A DNA stretch of 63,808 nucleotides, filler included. It is 5 parts of 5 records of this genome, joined end to end, with 100 filler letters (N's around TTAATTAATTAA, not from the genome) between each part and the next. Parts side by side here need not be neighbours in the genome. Positions count along the whole stretch, not along the records: positions 1 to 19,994 come from DRR723986_7092; 4 more parts are not named here. One strand, written 5' to 3'. The notes below the pieces were generated by a model, which was given only the letters and a program-made list of their open reading frames with translations, was not told the DNA's origin and did not search any database. Numbering within the stretch: the stretch's first letter is position 1; every line of letters begins with the position of its first letter. A program made the position numbers and the translations under genes. Positions 1-8,711 of this stretch are shown piece by piece.

Positions 1-295
1 TGGCAACGCAAGATCCATCATGGCCTTCTCGAGCTTCTCATGTGATTGCCTCTCTTTCTGCCGGACCTGTCCGGCATCAAGCCGCCACCAGAACAGGGAG
101 CATTCCGGCGCGTTCGCTATAGTGCCTCATGGCTTTCCAACCTGATCAGGAAAACTCTGATCGACTGATCATAAATCTCCACCGGAAAAACAAATTAGGA
201 GGGGCATAGTTTCTATGGGTTTCTTGGAGATTCCTTTTTCTATCGGTTTATTTGTTCATTTTTTCAGCACCTTAGGTGGTGGCCGCAGTCAAATA

Positions 296-448
296 CGCAG
301 GGCAGAACCCGGATTTTGCGGTTATTTCCCTCACAAACTGCGGAATTCTACTGCCGTTTCGCAGGCCACCCTCAGCTTTATGCGGCGTCAAACCGTGATA
401 CTGCGGCTCAATCGCGGAACATCGCGGCTCCAAACCAGATTTTTGCGG
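296..448 (+). repeat. Phased iteron-like repeats (putative oriV)
   Basis: YGC(G/A)G cores start at 296, 317, 339, 360, 381, 402, 423 and 444 (spacing 21,22,21,21,21,21,21). A T-rich tract lies at about 247-265 and the rep-like gene lies downstream. Confidence 0.65.
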
Positions 449-502
449 AATTCAATTCTGCCCCAATTCCTTCAGACCGAAACTGGTCCAAGGAAAATTC
501 TC

Positions 503-1384
503 ATGACCCACAAGTATGTTGTCCCCATCGAGGTAGTGCGCAATCTCGAAACCCTCAACCTCGGCGCCCACGCATTGAAGTTGGTACATGGCATGCTGTT
601 ACACGCCGATCTTGCCGTAAATGGCAACACGGCGCTCCTTTGGAGCGGCATGAATACCGCAGCCTTGGTACGCGCAAGCTTTCTGCGCGAGGAGTTGGGT
701 TGGGCAAGTCAGAAAGGGAACCGCCCCCTGAAAGAGGCTCTTACAGATCCATCTCTAAGGCAGGTCCTCAAAAGCGCTGAGCTGACTTCCAACGGCCGTG
801 GTGTCTCGCGCGAATTTCAGAAGCGTTTCATCGAGGTTGCCACGGTGAAAAATTTTGATCCTATGAACAACAAGAGCAAATACGCTCTGATGGACACCAG
901 CGCAATCGGTCTCTGCCGTACCTGTGAGGACATCTTGTTGCTTACACGAGTAGCGATGCACCGGCGACAAGATTGCCCGAAATTTGAGCTGACTGGAGTT
1001 GGGAAATTCGAACGGATTTCCACCAAAAAAGCAAGGAAAATTCATCTGAAAACATCTCTGCTACCTTCCTCAGAGGTCGTTCAAAATGAAACTGTTGAAT
1101 CGCCATGGGCAGCGTCGCGGGAGAGATGGATTCATGCAGCCAGAAAGCTGGCGGCAACTACAGGAGACACCTTGTTGTTCCGTGTAATCGAAGGAATTGC
1201 CGAACCTGGAGTGACAAAGGTGGTAGCTCTCATCGCAAATTCCAAAACGGAATGGGATGCTGAGTCCTTTTTCAAATGTCGTGGTGGATGGCGCCTCGTA
1301 TTGGTTACCAAAGATGGCCACAAGAACCTTTCGTCCAGGGAGGTCGCGCGGCGCGCAAAGGGCGTCGACGTTCCTGGTCAATAA
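503..1384 (+). CDS. Putative replication initiator, divergent Rep_3/winged-helix-like
   Basis: AAGGA RBS before ATG503 (MTHKYVV). Segments LGAHALKLVHGML and KYALMDTSAIGLCRTCEDILLL resemble Rep_3 WH1/WH2 patterns. Lies between the iteron-like array and kfrA. Confidence 0.5.
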   Translation: MTHKYVVPIEVVRNLETLNLGAHALKLVHGMLLHADLAVNGNTALLWSGMNTAALVRASFLREELGWASQKGNRPLKEALTDPSLRQVLKSAELTSNGRGVSREFQKRFIEVATVKNFDPMNNKSKYALMDTSAIGLCRTCEDILLLTRVAMHRRQDCPKFELTGVGKFERISTKKARKIHLKTSLLPSSEVVQNETVESPWAASRERWIHAARKLAATTGDTLLFRVIEGIAEPGVTKVVALIANSKTEWDAESFFKCRGGWRLVLVTKDGHKNLSSREVARRAKGVDVPGQ

Positions 1385-1457
1385 TCGGGGATGAAGTGTT
1401 CTGGCCCCACGATCCGAGTTTGGATTTTGGGGCCGGACCAAAGTTATCCAATCGGAG

Positions 1458-1579
1458 ACCTGACTTACCTGACCACCTAACCTACCAACTTACAAGCATG
1501 ACCTACTTACCAACTTTCCTTACAAACTTACCGGACAAACCAACTTCTAAACTTTCCCGAAAAAAAGTTTGGTAAGTTT
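1458..1579 (+). repeat. ACTTACC/AACTT-type degenerate repeat tract upstream of kfrA-like gene
   Basis: Many ACTTAC/ACCTAC/AACTTTCC units on a strongly G-poor top strand, plus one inverted GGTAAGTTT at 1571. Confidence 0.7.
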
Positions 1580-1642
1580 GTTTTTTCACTTTCTACGATG
1601 AACACACATCCCTCCTGCATTCGTCAAACACAGGAGAAAACA

Positions 1643-2260
1643 ATGCGAAAAGCCATCTTCAGCAAGGAAGACATCATCAAAGCCGGCCAAGCTCTTGAGA
1701 CGCAGGAAGGCCGCCCGGTTTCAGGTTGGGAGATATTCAAGGCCATGGGCGAAAAGGGTAAGCTTTCTCGGTTCAGTGAGGTTTGGGACACTCATTCTGC
1801 TAACAAGACCGTTAAAACGAACCAGGAGGCTATCCTCCCTGTTGATGTCGAGGAACGCCTCGAAGCGGCCTTGTTAGCTTTGCGCGGCGAATTTACCGGA
1901 GTTCTCGGCGGCATTATCCGCGAGCTCCAGGAAGAACACCTGCGTCAATCCGAACTGGCGCGGCGTGATCACATGAACCAAGAAGCCATTTTGCTGAACA
2001 AAGTTGAGACAATGAGTGGTGAACTGGGTTTCTTGCGAAAGCGCGTTGCAGAACTGGAACAAGAGGAAGACGTTACGATCGAGGACCCCGCCGACGCACC
2101 CGCTGAACCTTCGGTGTCAAAAAAGGCCCCGGCAACGGCTTCGAAGGCGGCTCCCAAGATTCTAAATCGACCTCTGAAGAATACTCCGGCGAAGAAGGCG
2201 TCTCGTCAGGTTCACCCAAAGCCCAAGCCAGTGCCGAAGCAAGCTCCGGTCCAACCATGA
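1643..2260 (+). CDS. KfrA-like plasmid DNA-binding coiled-coil protein
   Basis: AGGAG RBS. N-terminus SKEDIIKAGQALETQEGRPVSGWEIFKAMGEKGKLSRFSEVW matches the KfrA_N pattern, followed by a coiled coil and a Pro/Lys/Ala tail. Confidence 0.7.
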   Translation: MRKAIFSKEDIIKAGQALETQEGRPVSGWEIFKAMGEKGKLSRFSEVWDTHSANKTVKTNQEAILPVDVEERLEAALLALRGEFTGVLGGIIRELQEEHLRQSELARRDHMNQEAILLNKVETMSGELGFLRKRVAELEQEEDVTIEDPADAPAEPSVSKKAPATASKAAPKILNRPLKNTPAKKASRQVHPKPKPVPKQAPVQP

Positions 2261-3284
2261 GGCTATCGAACTGGGTTGCCTCCGACAAAGCGGCTTCAGC
2301 TTCAGAAGCCGATTGAATTTCCTGAAGCCGACGCCTTTCTGTGTCGGCTTTTTTTGTGCGTTCTGCTTCGCGCTCAGCTGCGATCAGGGCAGCTTCCTCC
2401 CGACCTTCTTCCCGGTTTCTGGCCCTTTCAATCTCCCATGCTTCCCACCGTGCCGTGTTGCGTTCACGCTGATCCTCGCGGCGCTTGCCCGAGAGCGTGT
2501 CATCAACACCAGTTTCGGTCAGCCGCTTGCGAGACCGGGCATGCAATTTGCAGCCCAAGTGTTCTTGCGCTTCAAGGCCGTGTGGAGCGTCTCCATCCGC
2601 AGCCATTGCTTCGTATGATCGCAAGTCAATCCGGGCGTGGGAGCCGATTTTCTTGAGGGCTGCGTTCGTGCGTTTTTCCCATTCCTGCCGCATCGCTAAC
2701 ATTTCTTCTGGGCCAGTTCTGGAGTCATCCAAAACACGGGTCTTGCCTCCGAACTCTCCGGTTTTCGGGCAGACCTGCCTCGTGGTCATCAAAATGTGTA
2801 CATGGAAATTTTTGTTGGTTTGATTTTCATCGAACAGAGCTTCGAGGTAGTCCTCCCAGTTCATGTTTAACCGTCCTCTTTCATGCTGCTTCTGGATGGG
2901 CTCATCCAGAAAGCGAGGGGCGTGGATATCGGCCTGTATGGCAACGCCATATCGATCTCGAAGCCAGAGGCTGTATCCCCGAACAAGACTGACTTGCATG
3001 CTGAGCGGTAGCTCAGCTGGCAGGGCTGGTCGCAGTTCCCGCACAACCCGTGCATCTCCTCGCCGCTCAGCGATCTCTGCGGCGTTCCAAAGGCCTTCTT
3101 CGGAGCCAGACCAGTTGATCAATTCATGAGATAACAGACCACCGGTTTTCCCCGCCCGGTATCGTCGACCAACGCGCTCATCCTGGTAAGTGGTGCGAGC
3201 TGTGTAGGCAGCTGATTTAACGGCGGATCTTCCGTCGGCTCGTGAATGGATGATAGCGGTGAAATGACTGGCTGGATGCAACAT
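2073..3284 (-). CDS. mobA: MobA/MobL (MOBQ) relaxase
   Basis: SRADGRSAVKSAAY (motif I Tyr), LWNAAEIAERRGDAR, ALPAEL, DIH and NFHVHILMTTR (HUH), RIDLRSY. Confidence 0.9.
   Translation of the reverse strand: MLHPASHFTAIIHSRADGRSAVKSAAYTARTTYQDERVGRRYRAGKTGGLLSHELINWSGSEEGLWNAAEIAERRGDARVVRELRPALPAELPLSMQVSLVRGYSLWLRDRYGVAIQADIHAPRFLDEPIQKQHERGRLNMNWEDYLEALFDENQTNKNFHVHILMTTRQVCPKTGEFGGKTRVLDDSRTGPEEMLAMRQEWEKRTNAALKKIGSHARIDLRSYEAMAADGDAPHGLEAQEHLGCKLHARSRKRLTETGVDDTLSGKRREDQRERNTARWEAWEIERARNREEGREEAALIAAEREAERTKKADTERRRLQEIQSASEAEAALSEATQFDSLMVGPELASALAWALGEPDETPSSPEYSSEVDLESWEPPSKPLPGPFLTPKVQRVRRRGPRS
2325..2355 (+). terminator. Intrinsic terminator after kfrA-like gene, embedded in antisense mobA
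   Basis: AAGCCGACGC-CTTTCT-GTGTCGGCTT hairpin followed by a T run. Confidence 0.6.
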
Positions 3285-3354
3285 AGGAGAGAGATGGTTC
3301 CCGGAGACGATCTTCGCTCCCTGAGGCCCGCGGCAGGCGCGCTGCTAACCAGAG

Positions 3355-3414
3355 GTTTGCGTAATTGCGCGCACGCACATGTACGCGTGCGATGGGGTGC
3401 CGCGTGCGGCACCC
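3355..3414 (+). promoter_or_regulatory. Putative oriT (MOBQ-type nic) and hairpin
   Basis: TAATTGCGC at 3362-3370 resembles the MOBQ nic core TAA(G/T)TGCGCCCT. Perfect inverted repeat GGGTGCCGC-GT-GCGGCACCC at 3395-3414. Lies between divergent mobA and mobC-like genes. Confidence 0.6.
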
Positions 3415-3494
3415 GGGCGAAGCATTTGAAATTTTGAGGAGCGATCCACCCTGCAGGGCCTCATTTCCCTTTCGAATGGAAATTGGAGATCACC

Positions 3495-3779
3495 ATGTCA
3501 CTGCGACAGCAAATCGAGAAACTTGAAAAAGATGAGGCTCAACACAAAGCTAAGGCGAAGGATACCAACGCACAAAAGCGCAAGCTTATGCGTAGGGCGG
3601 ACGCACGCTGGAAAGTTCTCCATGGCATCGCCATTCTTGCCCTGCTTGACGGTCTACCTGAGGACAAACGCAAACAAACACTTGAGCGTATGTACACGAA
3701 GATCACCTCTCCAAGAGATCGAGAGTTCTTGGGGTTGGCTCCGCTTCCTCCGAAGGAAAAAGCGCAGCCGAAAGATTGA
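3495..3779 (+). CDS. MobC/MobS-like relaxosome accessory protein
   Basis: Small, divergent from mobA. Coiled N-terminus and RRADARWKVLHGIAIL resembling MobC 'RKxDTRRKILxGA'. Confidence 0.65.
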   Translation: MSLRQQIEKLEKDEAQHKAKAKDTNAQKRKLMRRADARWKVLHGIAILALLDGLPEDKRKQTLERMYTKITSPRDREFLGLAPLPPKEKAQPKD

Positions 3780-3908
3780 CCTCATCCAGAATATTCGAAG
3801 GTATATTCATCAATAGGTTGAATGCCATGTGAGTCCGCAATAGAAATTTCTAACGGTCTGATTTTTGACCGCTTTTGATTTCAAACCTTTTGTCTTGCGG
3901 ATGCCCCC

Positions 3909-6629
3909 ATGAACCCTACAGAGATCTTTGAAGCCCTTGACCAGATCTCTGCCGAGCCATTTGACCCGCAGGAATTTCCCTTTGCCTTTGCCGAGGCAAC
4001 CGATAACGCCCGCGCCACCATCTCAAAACTGCGCAATGGCACGACCAACAAGTCAGACCAGCCTGGTGGCGTCCTTCTGAACCGTAAATTTCACTTTGCC
4101 CCGTCGTTGGGCGGAATGGTTGATGCGACGCTCGACACCCTTCGATCCTCAAAGAAAACGGCAACCGCCAAGCCCGCCATCCTGATTGCCACCGATGGTG
4201 AAACTGTCGCCGCCGAACATCCTGCCAGCGGCGAGACGCTGCATTGCCGGTTTAATGAGATAGGCGATCATTTCGGATTCTTCCTGCCCGCCGCTGGCAA
4301 GGAACGTTATCGCGCCGTTGATGAGAACCCGGTTGACGTCAAGGCGACCAGCAAGCTTGCCCGGCTGTATGACGCGCTGATCAAGGCGGATCCGACCTGG
4401 GCGGATGAAAGCCGCCGCCATTGCATGAACCAGCTGATGATGCGGCTGATCTTTTGCATGTTTGCCGAGGATGTCGGCATCTTCCCGGACAATCAGTTCA
4501 GTCAGATCCTGTTTTCCCACGCGGGTAACAAGGGCGAGGAAGCGCGCGAAGTGATCATCGACGCCTTCCAGGCGATGAACGTGCCAAAGGATCAGCGCGG
4601 CAACCTGCCTGCCTGGGCGGCGGATCTGGAATATGTCAACGGCGGTCTTTTTGCAGGAGAGATCGACGCGCCCAGATTTGACACCATCGCGTTCCGCTAT
4701 CTGCGTGATGCCTGCAATTTGGATTGGCGTCAGATCAACCCTGATATCTTTGGCTCAATGATCCAGTCGGTGGCCGATCCCAAGCAGCGTTCCGAGCTGG
4801 GGATGCACTATACCTCGGTGCCCAATATCATGAAGGTGATCGGGCCGCTGTTTCTGGATGACCTGGATGCCGAGATAGACAAGGCCTGGGACAGTGCCAA
4901 GGCGCTGAACCGGGTGCTGAAGCGGATGGAGGGCATCCGGGTGTTTGACCCAGCCTGTGGGTCCGGGAACTTCCTTGTGGTGTCTTACCGTCAGCTACGA
5001 ATGCGCGAGATGCGGATCATGCAGCGGTTGGCGGAGATCGGCGGGAAGATGACCCTGCAGATGTTTTCGGCCATTCCGATAACCAATTTCTTTGGCATTG
5101 AAATCACGGATTTTGCCGCCGAGACCGCCAAACTGGCGCTGTTCATCTCGGAATATCAGGCCAATGCGAATTTTGCCGAGGTGTTCGGGCAGGGGCCCGC
5201 CAGCCTGCCGCTGAAAGAGGCCGCGCATATCCATTGCGCCAATGCGCTGCGGGTGGATTGGGAAGAAGTCTGCCCACCGCCGGGTGAGAGTGAAGAAGTT
5301 TTTATCACAGGTAACCCACCCTTTCGAGGGAAAGCCAAGCAAGATAAATGTCAAAAAGCAGACATGGATTTTGTCTATAGTGGGAACCTGAAAAGATATC
5401 GTTCTCTGGATTATGTTACGCCATGGTATTTTAAGGCGGCAAAATACTTAAGTGCGAATGGTGGAGCAGCAGCTCTGGTTGCTACGAGCTCAATCTGCCA
5501 AGGCGCATCGGTCCCGGCGCTATGGCCGCATCTTTTGCGCGATGGCGTAAAAATCTCGTTTGCGGTCCGGCCCTTCAAATGGAGAAATAACGCAGCCAAA
5601 AACGCTGCGGTCAGTTGCGTTGTCGCTGGACTTTCGATCGGGATTTCGAAGAAACCTACAATATTTGAGGGCGACATTAGGTATGAAGCAGATCACATCA
5701 ATGGTTATCTGATCGATTCAAGATTGCAGGCGGTAAAACCATCGAGAAAGCCTCAAAATGGCCTTCCTGAAATGACTTTTGGGAATATGGCTTACGACGA
5801 CGGTGGATTGATCTTGAGCCCAGAGGAGAGGTCCCTTCAGCTTCAAACGGACTCGAGGTTGGAAAAATTCATCCGAAGATATGTGGGTTCTCAGGAAGTT
5901 GTGAAGGGTATCGAGCGTTATTGTCTTTGGATTCCGGACGATCAACTCGCGGAGGCAATGGAAATTCCTTTTGTTGCAGAACGAGTGGTTATGACCAAAG
6001 AAAATCGGCTCAAAATGGATGATGAAGCTGGTAGAGAACTTGCAAATCGCCCCCATTCCTTTCGAGAACAAAAAGTTGCTCTGAAGCAATCAGTTCTTGT
6101 TCCTCGTGTTACTTCAGAACGCCGTCTTTATTTGCCCGTAGACTTATCTTCTGCTGAAGTTATTGCGAATGATAACACACAAGTTCTTTATGATGCGCCT
6201 GAGTGGTGCCTGGCCGTAGTAGGGTCCCAACTTCATAGGGTCTGGATACTTGCCGTGTGTGGTCAGTTAGAGTCCAGAATTCGCTATTCGAAAGATCTGG
6301 GATGGAACACCTTCCCCGTGCCGAAATTCTCTGAGGATCAGCTGGACCAGCTCTCGGCCTCGGCCCGCAAGATCCTCAAGACCCGATACATGCATTACCC
6401 GGCCACCATCGCCGAGCTGTATGATCCGGACAAGATGCCAGATGACCTGCGGCAGGTGCACCGGGAAAACGATGAGCTGCTGGAGAGCATGTATATCGGG
6501 CGGCCGTTCAAGAATGACACCGAACGGCTGGAAAAGCTGTTCAAGCTCTATGCCGCCAAAATCAAACAGATTGAAAAACAAGCCGCGAAATCCAAGCGCG
6601 GTTCGAAAAGTGGTAAGGGGAGCAAATAG
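3909..6629 (+). CDS. yeeA: MmeI-like (YeeA/DnmA-type) N6-adenine DNA methyltransferase with target recognition domain
   Basis: YVNGGLF, GMHYT, VFDPACGSGNFL (motif I), GNPPF (motif IV), C-terminal WNTFP and IAELYDPDKMP. The N-terminus lacks an evident PD-(D/E)xK motif. Confidence 0.9.
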   Translation: MNPTEIFEALDQISAEPFDPQEFPFAFAEATDNARATISKLRNGTTNKSDQPGGVLLNRKFHFAPSLGGMVDATLDTLRSSKKTATAKPAILIATDGETVAAEHPASGETLHCRFNEIGDHFGFFLPAAGKERYRAVDENPVDVKATSKLARLYDALIKADPTWADESRRHCMNQLMMRLIFCMFAEDVGIFPDNQFSQILFSHAGNKGEEAREVIIDAFQAMNVPKDQRGNLPAWAADLEYVNGGLFAGEIDAPRFDTIAFRYLRDACNLDWRQINPDIFGSMIQSVADPKQRSELGMHYTSVPNIMKVIGPLFLDDLDAEIDKAWDSAKALNRVLKRMEGIRVFDPACGSGNFLVVSYRQLRMREMRIMQRLAEIGGKMTLQMFSAIPITNFFGIEITDFAAETAKLALFISEYQANANFAEVFGQGPASLPLKEAAHIHCANALRVDWEEVCPPPGESEEVFITGNPPFRGKAKQDKCQKADMDFVYSGNLKRYRSLDYVTPWYFKAAKYLSANGGAAALVATSSICQGASVPALWPHLLRDGVKISFAVRPFKWRNNAAKNAAVSCVVAGLSIGISKKPTIFEGDIRYEADHINGYLIDSRLQAVKPSRKPQNGLPEMTFGNMAYDDGGLILSPEERSLQLQTDSRLEKFIRRYVGSQEVVKGIERYCLWIPDDQLAEAMEIPFVAERVVMTKENRLKMDDEAGRELANRPHSFREQKVALKQSVLVPRVTSERRLYLPVDLSSAEVIANDNTQVLYDAPEWCLAVVGSQLHRVWILAVCGQLESRIRYSKDLGWNTFPVPKFSEDQLDQLSASARKILKTRYMHYPATIAELYDPDKMPDDLRQVHRENDELLESMYIGRPFKNDTERLEKLFKLYAAKIKQIEKQAAKSKRGSKSGKGSK

Positions 6630-8711
6630 ATGGCTCAGATGGTGAATGTGTCCTACGGGACATCAAAATCCTCCACCAACCCTTTGGGTATGCGAGAGAT
6701 GCAGGCCCGCGCCTATGCCGCCCGTGCGGCACAGTTCATGCTGCTCAAGGCACCGCCCGCCGCCGGGAAAAGCCGCGCCCTGATGTTTGTCGCGCTCGAC
6801 AAACTGCGCCATCAGGGGTTGGAGAAATGCATCGTCTGCGTGCCTGAAACGTCGATTGGCGGCTCCTTCCGTTCCACCGATCTGATGGCTTATGGGTTCG
6901 AGGCGAATTGGCAGGTCGAAGACCGCTGGAACCTGTGCCTGACCGGCGAGGATGCTTCAGCCCAAAAGACCAAGGCGTTCAGTGCCTTCATGGCTTCCGA
7001 TGCGCGGGTTCTGGTTTGCACCCACGCCACCTTTCGCTTTGCTTATGAGGCTGTGGTGGCTGAACAGGGGCCAGAGGCCTTTGACGACTGTTTCATCGCC
7101 ATAGATGAATTCCATCACGTGTCCGCGTCTGACCACAACCGGCTGGGTGTGATCCTGCGTGCCTTGGTGGCGCGTGAGAAATGTCATCTCATGGCAATGA
7201 CGGGCAGCTATTTCCGTGGCGACGCCGACCCGGTGCTGCGTGCCGAAGATGAAGCAAAGTTCACCACGATCACCTACAGCTATTATGAACAGCTGGAGGG
7301 ATATGAACATCTCAAGGCCTTGGGGATCAATTATCAGTTCTACAAAGGGCGTTATATCAATGGGCTGGAGGAAGTCCTTGATGTGAGCCAGAAGACGATC
7401 ATCCACATCCCGCATCGTGGATCGTCGGAAGCCTTTGATGACAAGTTCAACGAGGTTGGGTTGATTATGGACCTGATCGGAACCCACAAGGGGCGTGATC
7501 CCGATACAGGGTTTGATCTGCTGGAAACGCCGGATGGCCGTATGCTGAAGGTCGCAGACCTTGTGGATGATGGTCCCGGCCGCGATGTGGTGAAAACCGC
7601 GTTGTCCAAGGAAGTGACTGGCGCAGACGGCAAAAGGGACGACGCAGCCGATCGCGCCAAGGTCGATATCATCATTGCCCTGGGTATGGCCAAGGAAGGG
7701 TTCGACTGGGTCTGGTGCGAACATGCGCTGACCATCGGCTATCGCTCATCCCTGACCGAGATTGTACAGATCATCGGCCGGGCAACTCGGGATGCCCCAG
7801 GCAAGCCAAAGGCCGTCTTCACCAACCTTGTGGCGGAACCAGGCGTCGAGACCGGGGTGGTGACGGACGCTGTCAACGATATGCTCAAAGCGATCTCAGG
7901 CTCGCTGTTGATGGAGCAGGTGCTGGCGCCGAACTTCAAGTTCTACCGTCGGGAAGATGGAGACATTCGTGAACCTGTTGAAACCGACGGGCAGGGCAAT
8001 GTGATGATCGGTATCAAAGGGCTGGTGGAGCCGCCGACAGACCGCGCAAAAGATATCTGTGAGCAAGATATGCACGACCTGATGGCAGCCGCCTGTCAGG
8101 CCATGGATCGGCGAGTCTTGTCACCTGATACCGCGCCCGAGGTGGCTACCCAGATGGTTCTGACCGACATAATTGAGAAGCGCTACGAAACCCTGGATGA
8201 CGAAGAAGCGGAATCTGTTCGCCAGCACCTTGCAGCTCATATGAACATCCTGAGCTTGGCACGAAACGAGCAGGCAAAGGGAATGGCAGAAACGCAGGCA
8301 GTCTTTGAGGGAAAGAAACCTGATCCAGAAGATGATGAAGATGAGGATGGTGATGTGTCGGCAGGAGCACCGAATACGTTGCTCCAAATGGTCAAGAAAT
8401 TCATCAACGTCAGAGACATTGATGTTGAATTGATCGACAGCGTCAACGCCTTTCGAGAGCGGTTTGAGGTCGCGTCAAAATCATTGGATGCCCACCTATT
8501 GGCGCATGTGCAATCTGCCATGGTCGCAATCCGGGTTGATATGACTGAAGATGAGGCGCGCACCCTTTGGCCTCGCATCAAGGCATTTCGGATCAGCGAA
8601 GGGAAAGAGCCAAATCCAAATTCCCCGGATGCGCTGGAAAAGCGGATGGCGGAAGCACTGTCTTGGCTTAAAGCTCAGAAAGTCAAACGCATGCGTGAAG
8701 GGACTATTTAA
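6630..8711 (+). CDS. yeeB: SF2 DEAD/DEAH-type helicase, YeeB-like
   Basis: APPAAGKS, IDEFHH, MTGS, EGFDW, QIIGRATR. Directly abuts yeeA. Confidence 0.85.
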   Translation: MAQMVNVSYGTSKSSTNPLGMREMQARAYAARAAQFMLLKAPPAAGKSRALMFVALDKLRHQGLEKCIVCVPETSIGGSFRSTDLMAYGFEANWQVEDRWNLCLTGEDASAQKTKAFSAFMASDARVLVCTHATFRFAYEAVVAEQGPEAFDDCFIAIDEFHHVSASDHNRLGVILRALVAREKCHLMAMTGSYFRGDADPVLRAEDEAKFTTITYSYYEQLEGYEHLKALGINYQFYKGRYINGLEEVLDVSQKTIIHIPHRGSSEAFDDKFNEVGLIMDLIGTHKGRDPDTGFDLLETPDGRMLKVADLVDDGPGRDVVKTALSKEVTGADGKRDDAADRAKVDIIIALGMAKEGFDWVWCEHALTIGYRSSLTEIVQIIGRATRDAPGKPKAVFTNLVAEPGVETGVVTDAVNDMLKAISGSLLMEQVLAPNFKFYRREDGDIREPVETDGQGNVMIGIKGLVEPPTDRAKDICEQDMHDLMAAACQAMDRRVLSPDTAPEVATQMVLTDIIEKRYETLDDEEAESVRQHLAAHMNILSLARNEQAKGMAETQAVFEGKKPDPEDDEDEDGDVSAGAPNTLLQMVKKFINVRDIDVELIDSVNAFRERFEVASKSLDAHLLAHVQSAMVAIRVDMTEDEARTLWPRIKAFRISEGKEPNPNSPDALEKRMAEALSWLKAQKVKRMREGTI

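Noticed and set aside
215-502. N-terminal extension of the 389-aa ORF
   Set aside because: It runs through the iteron-like array. The RBS supports ATG503.
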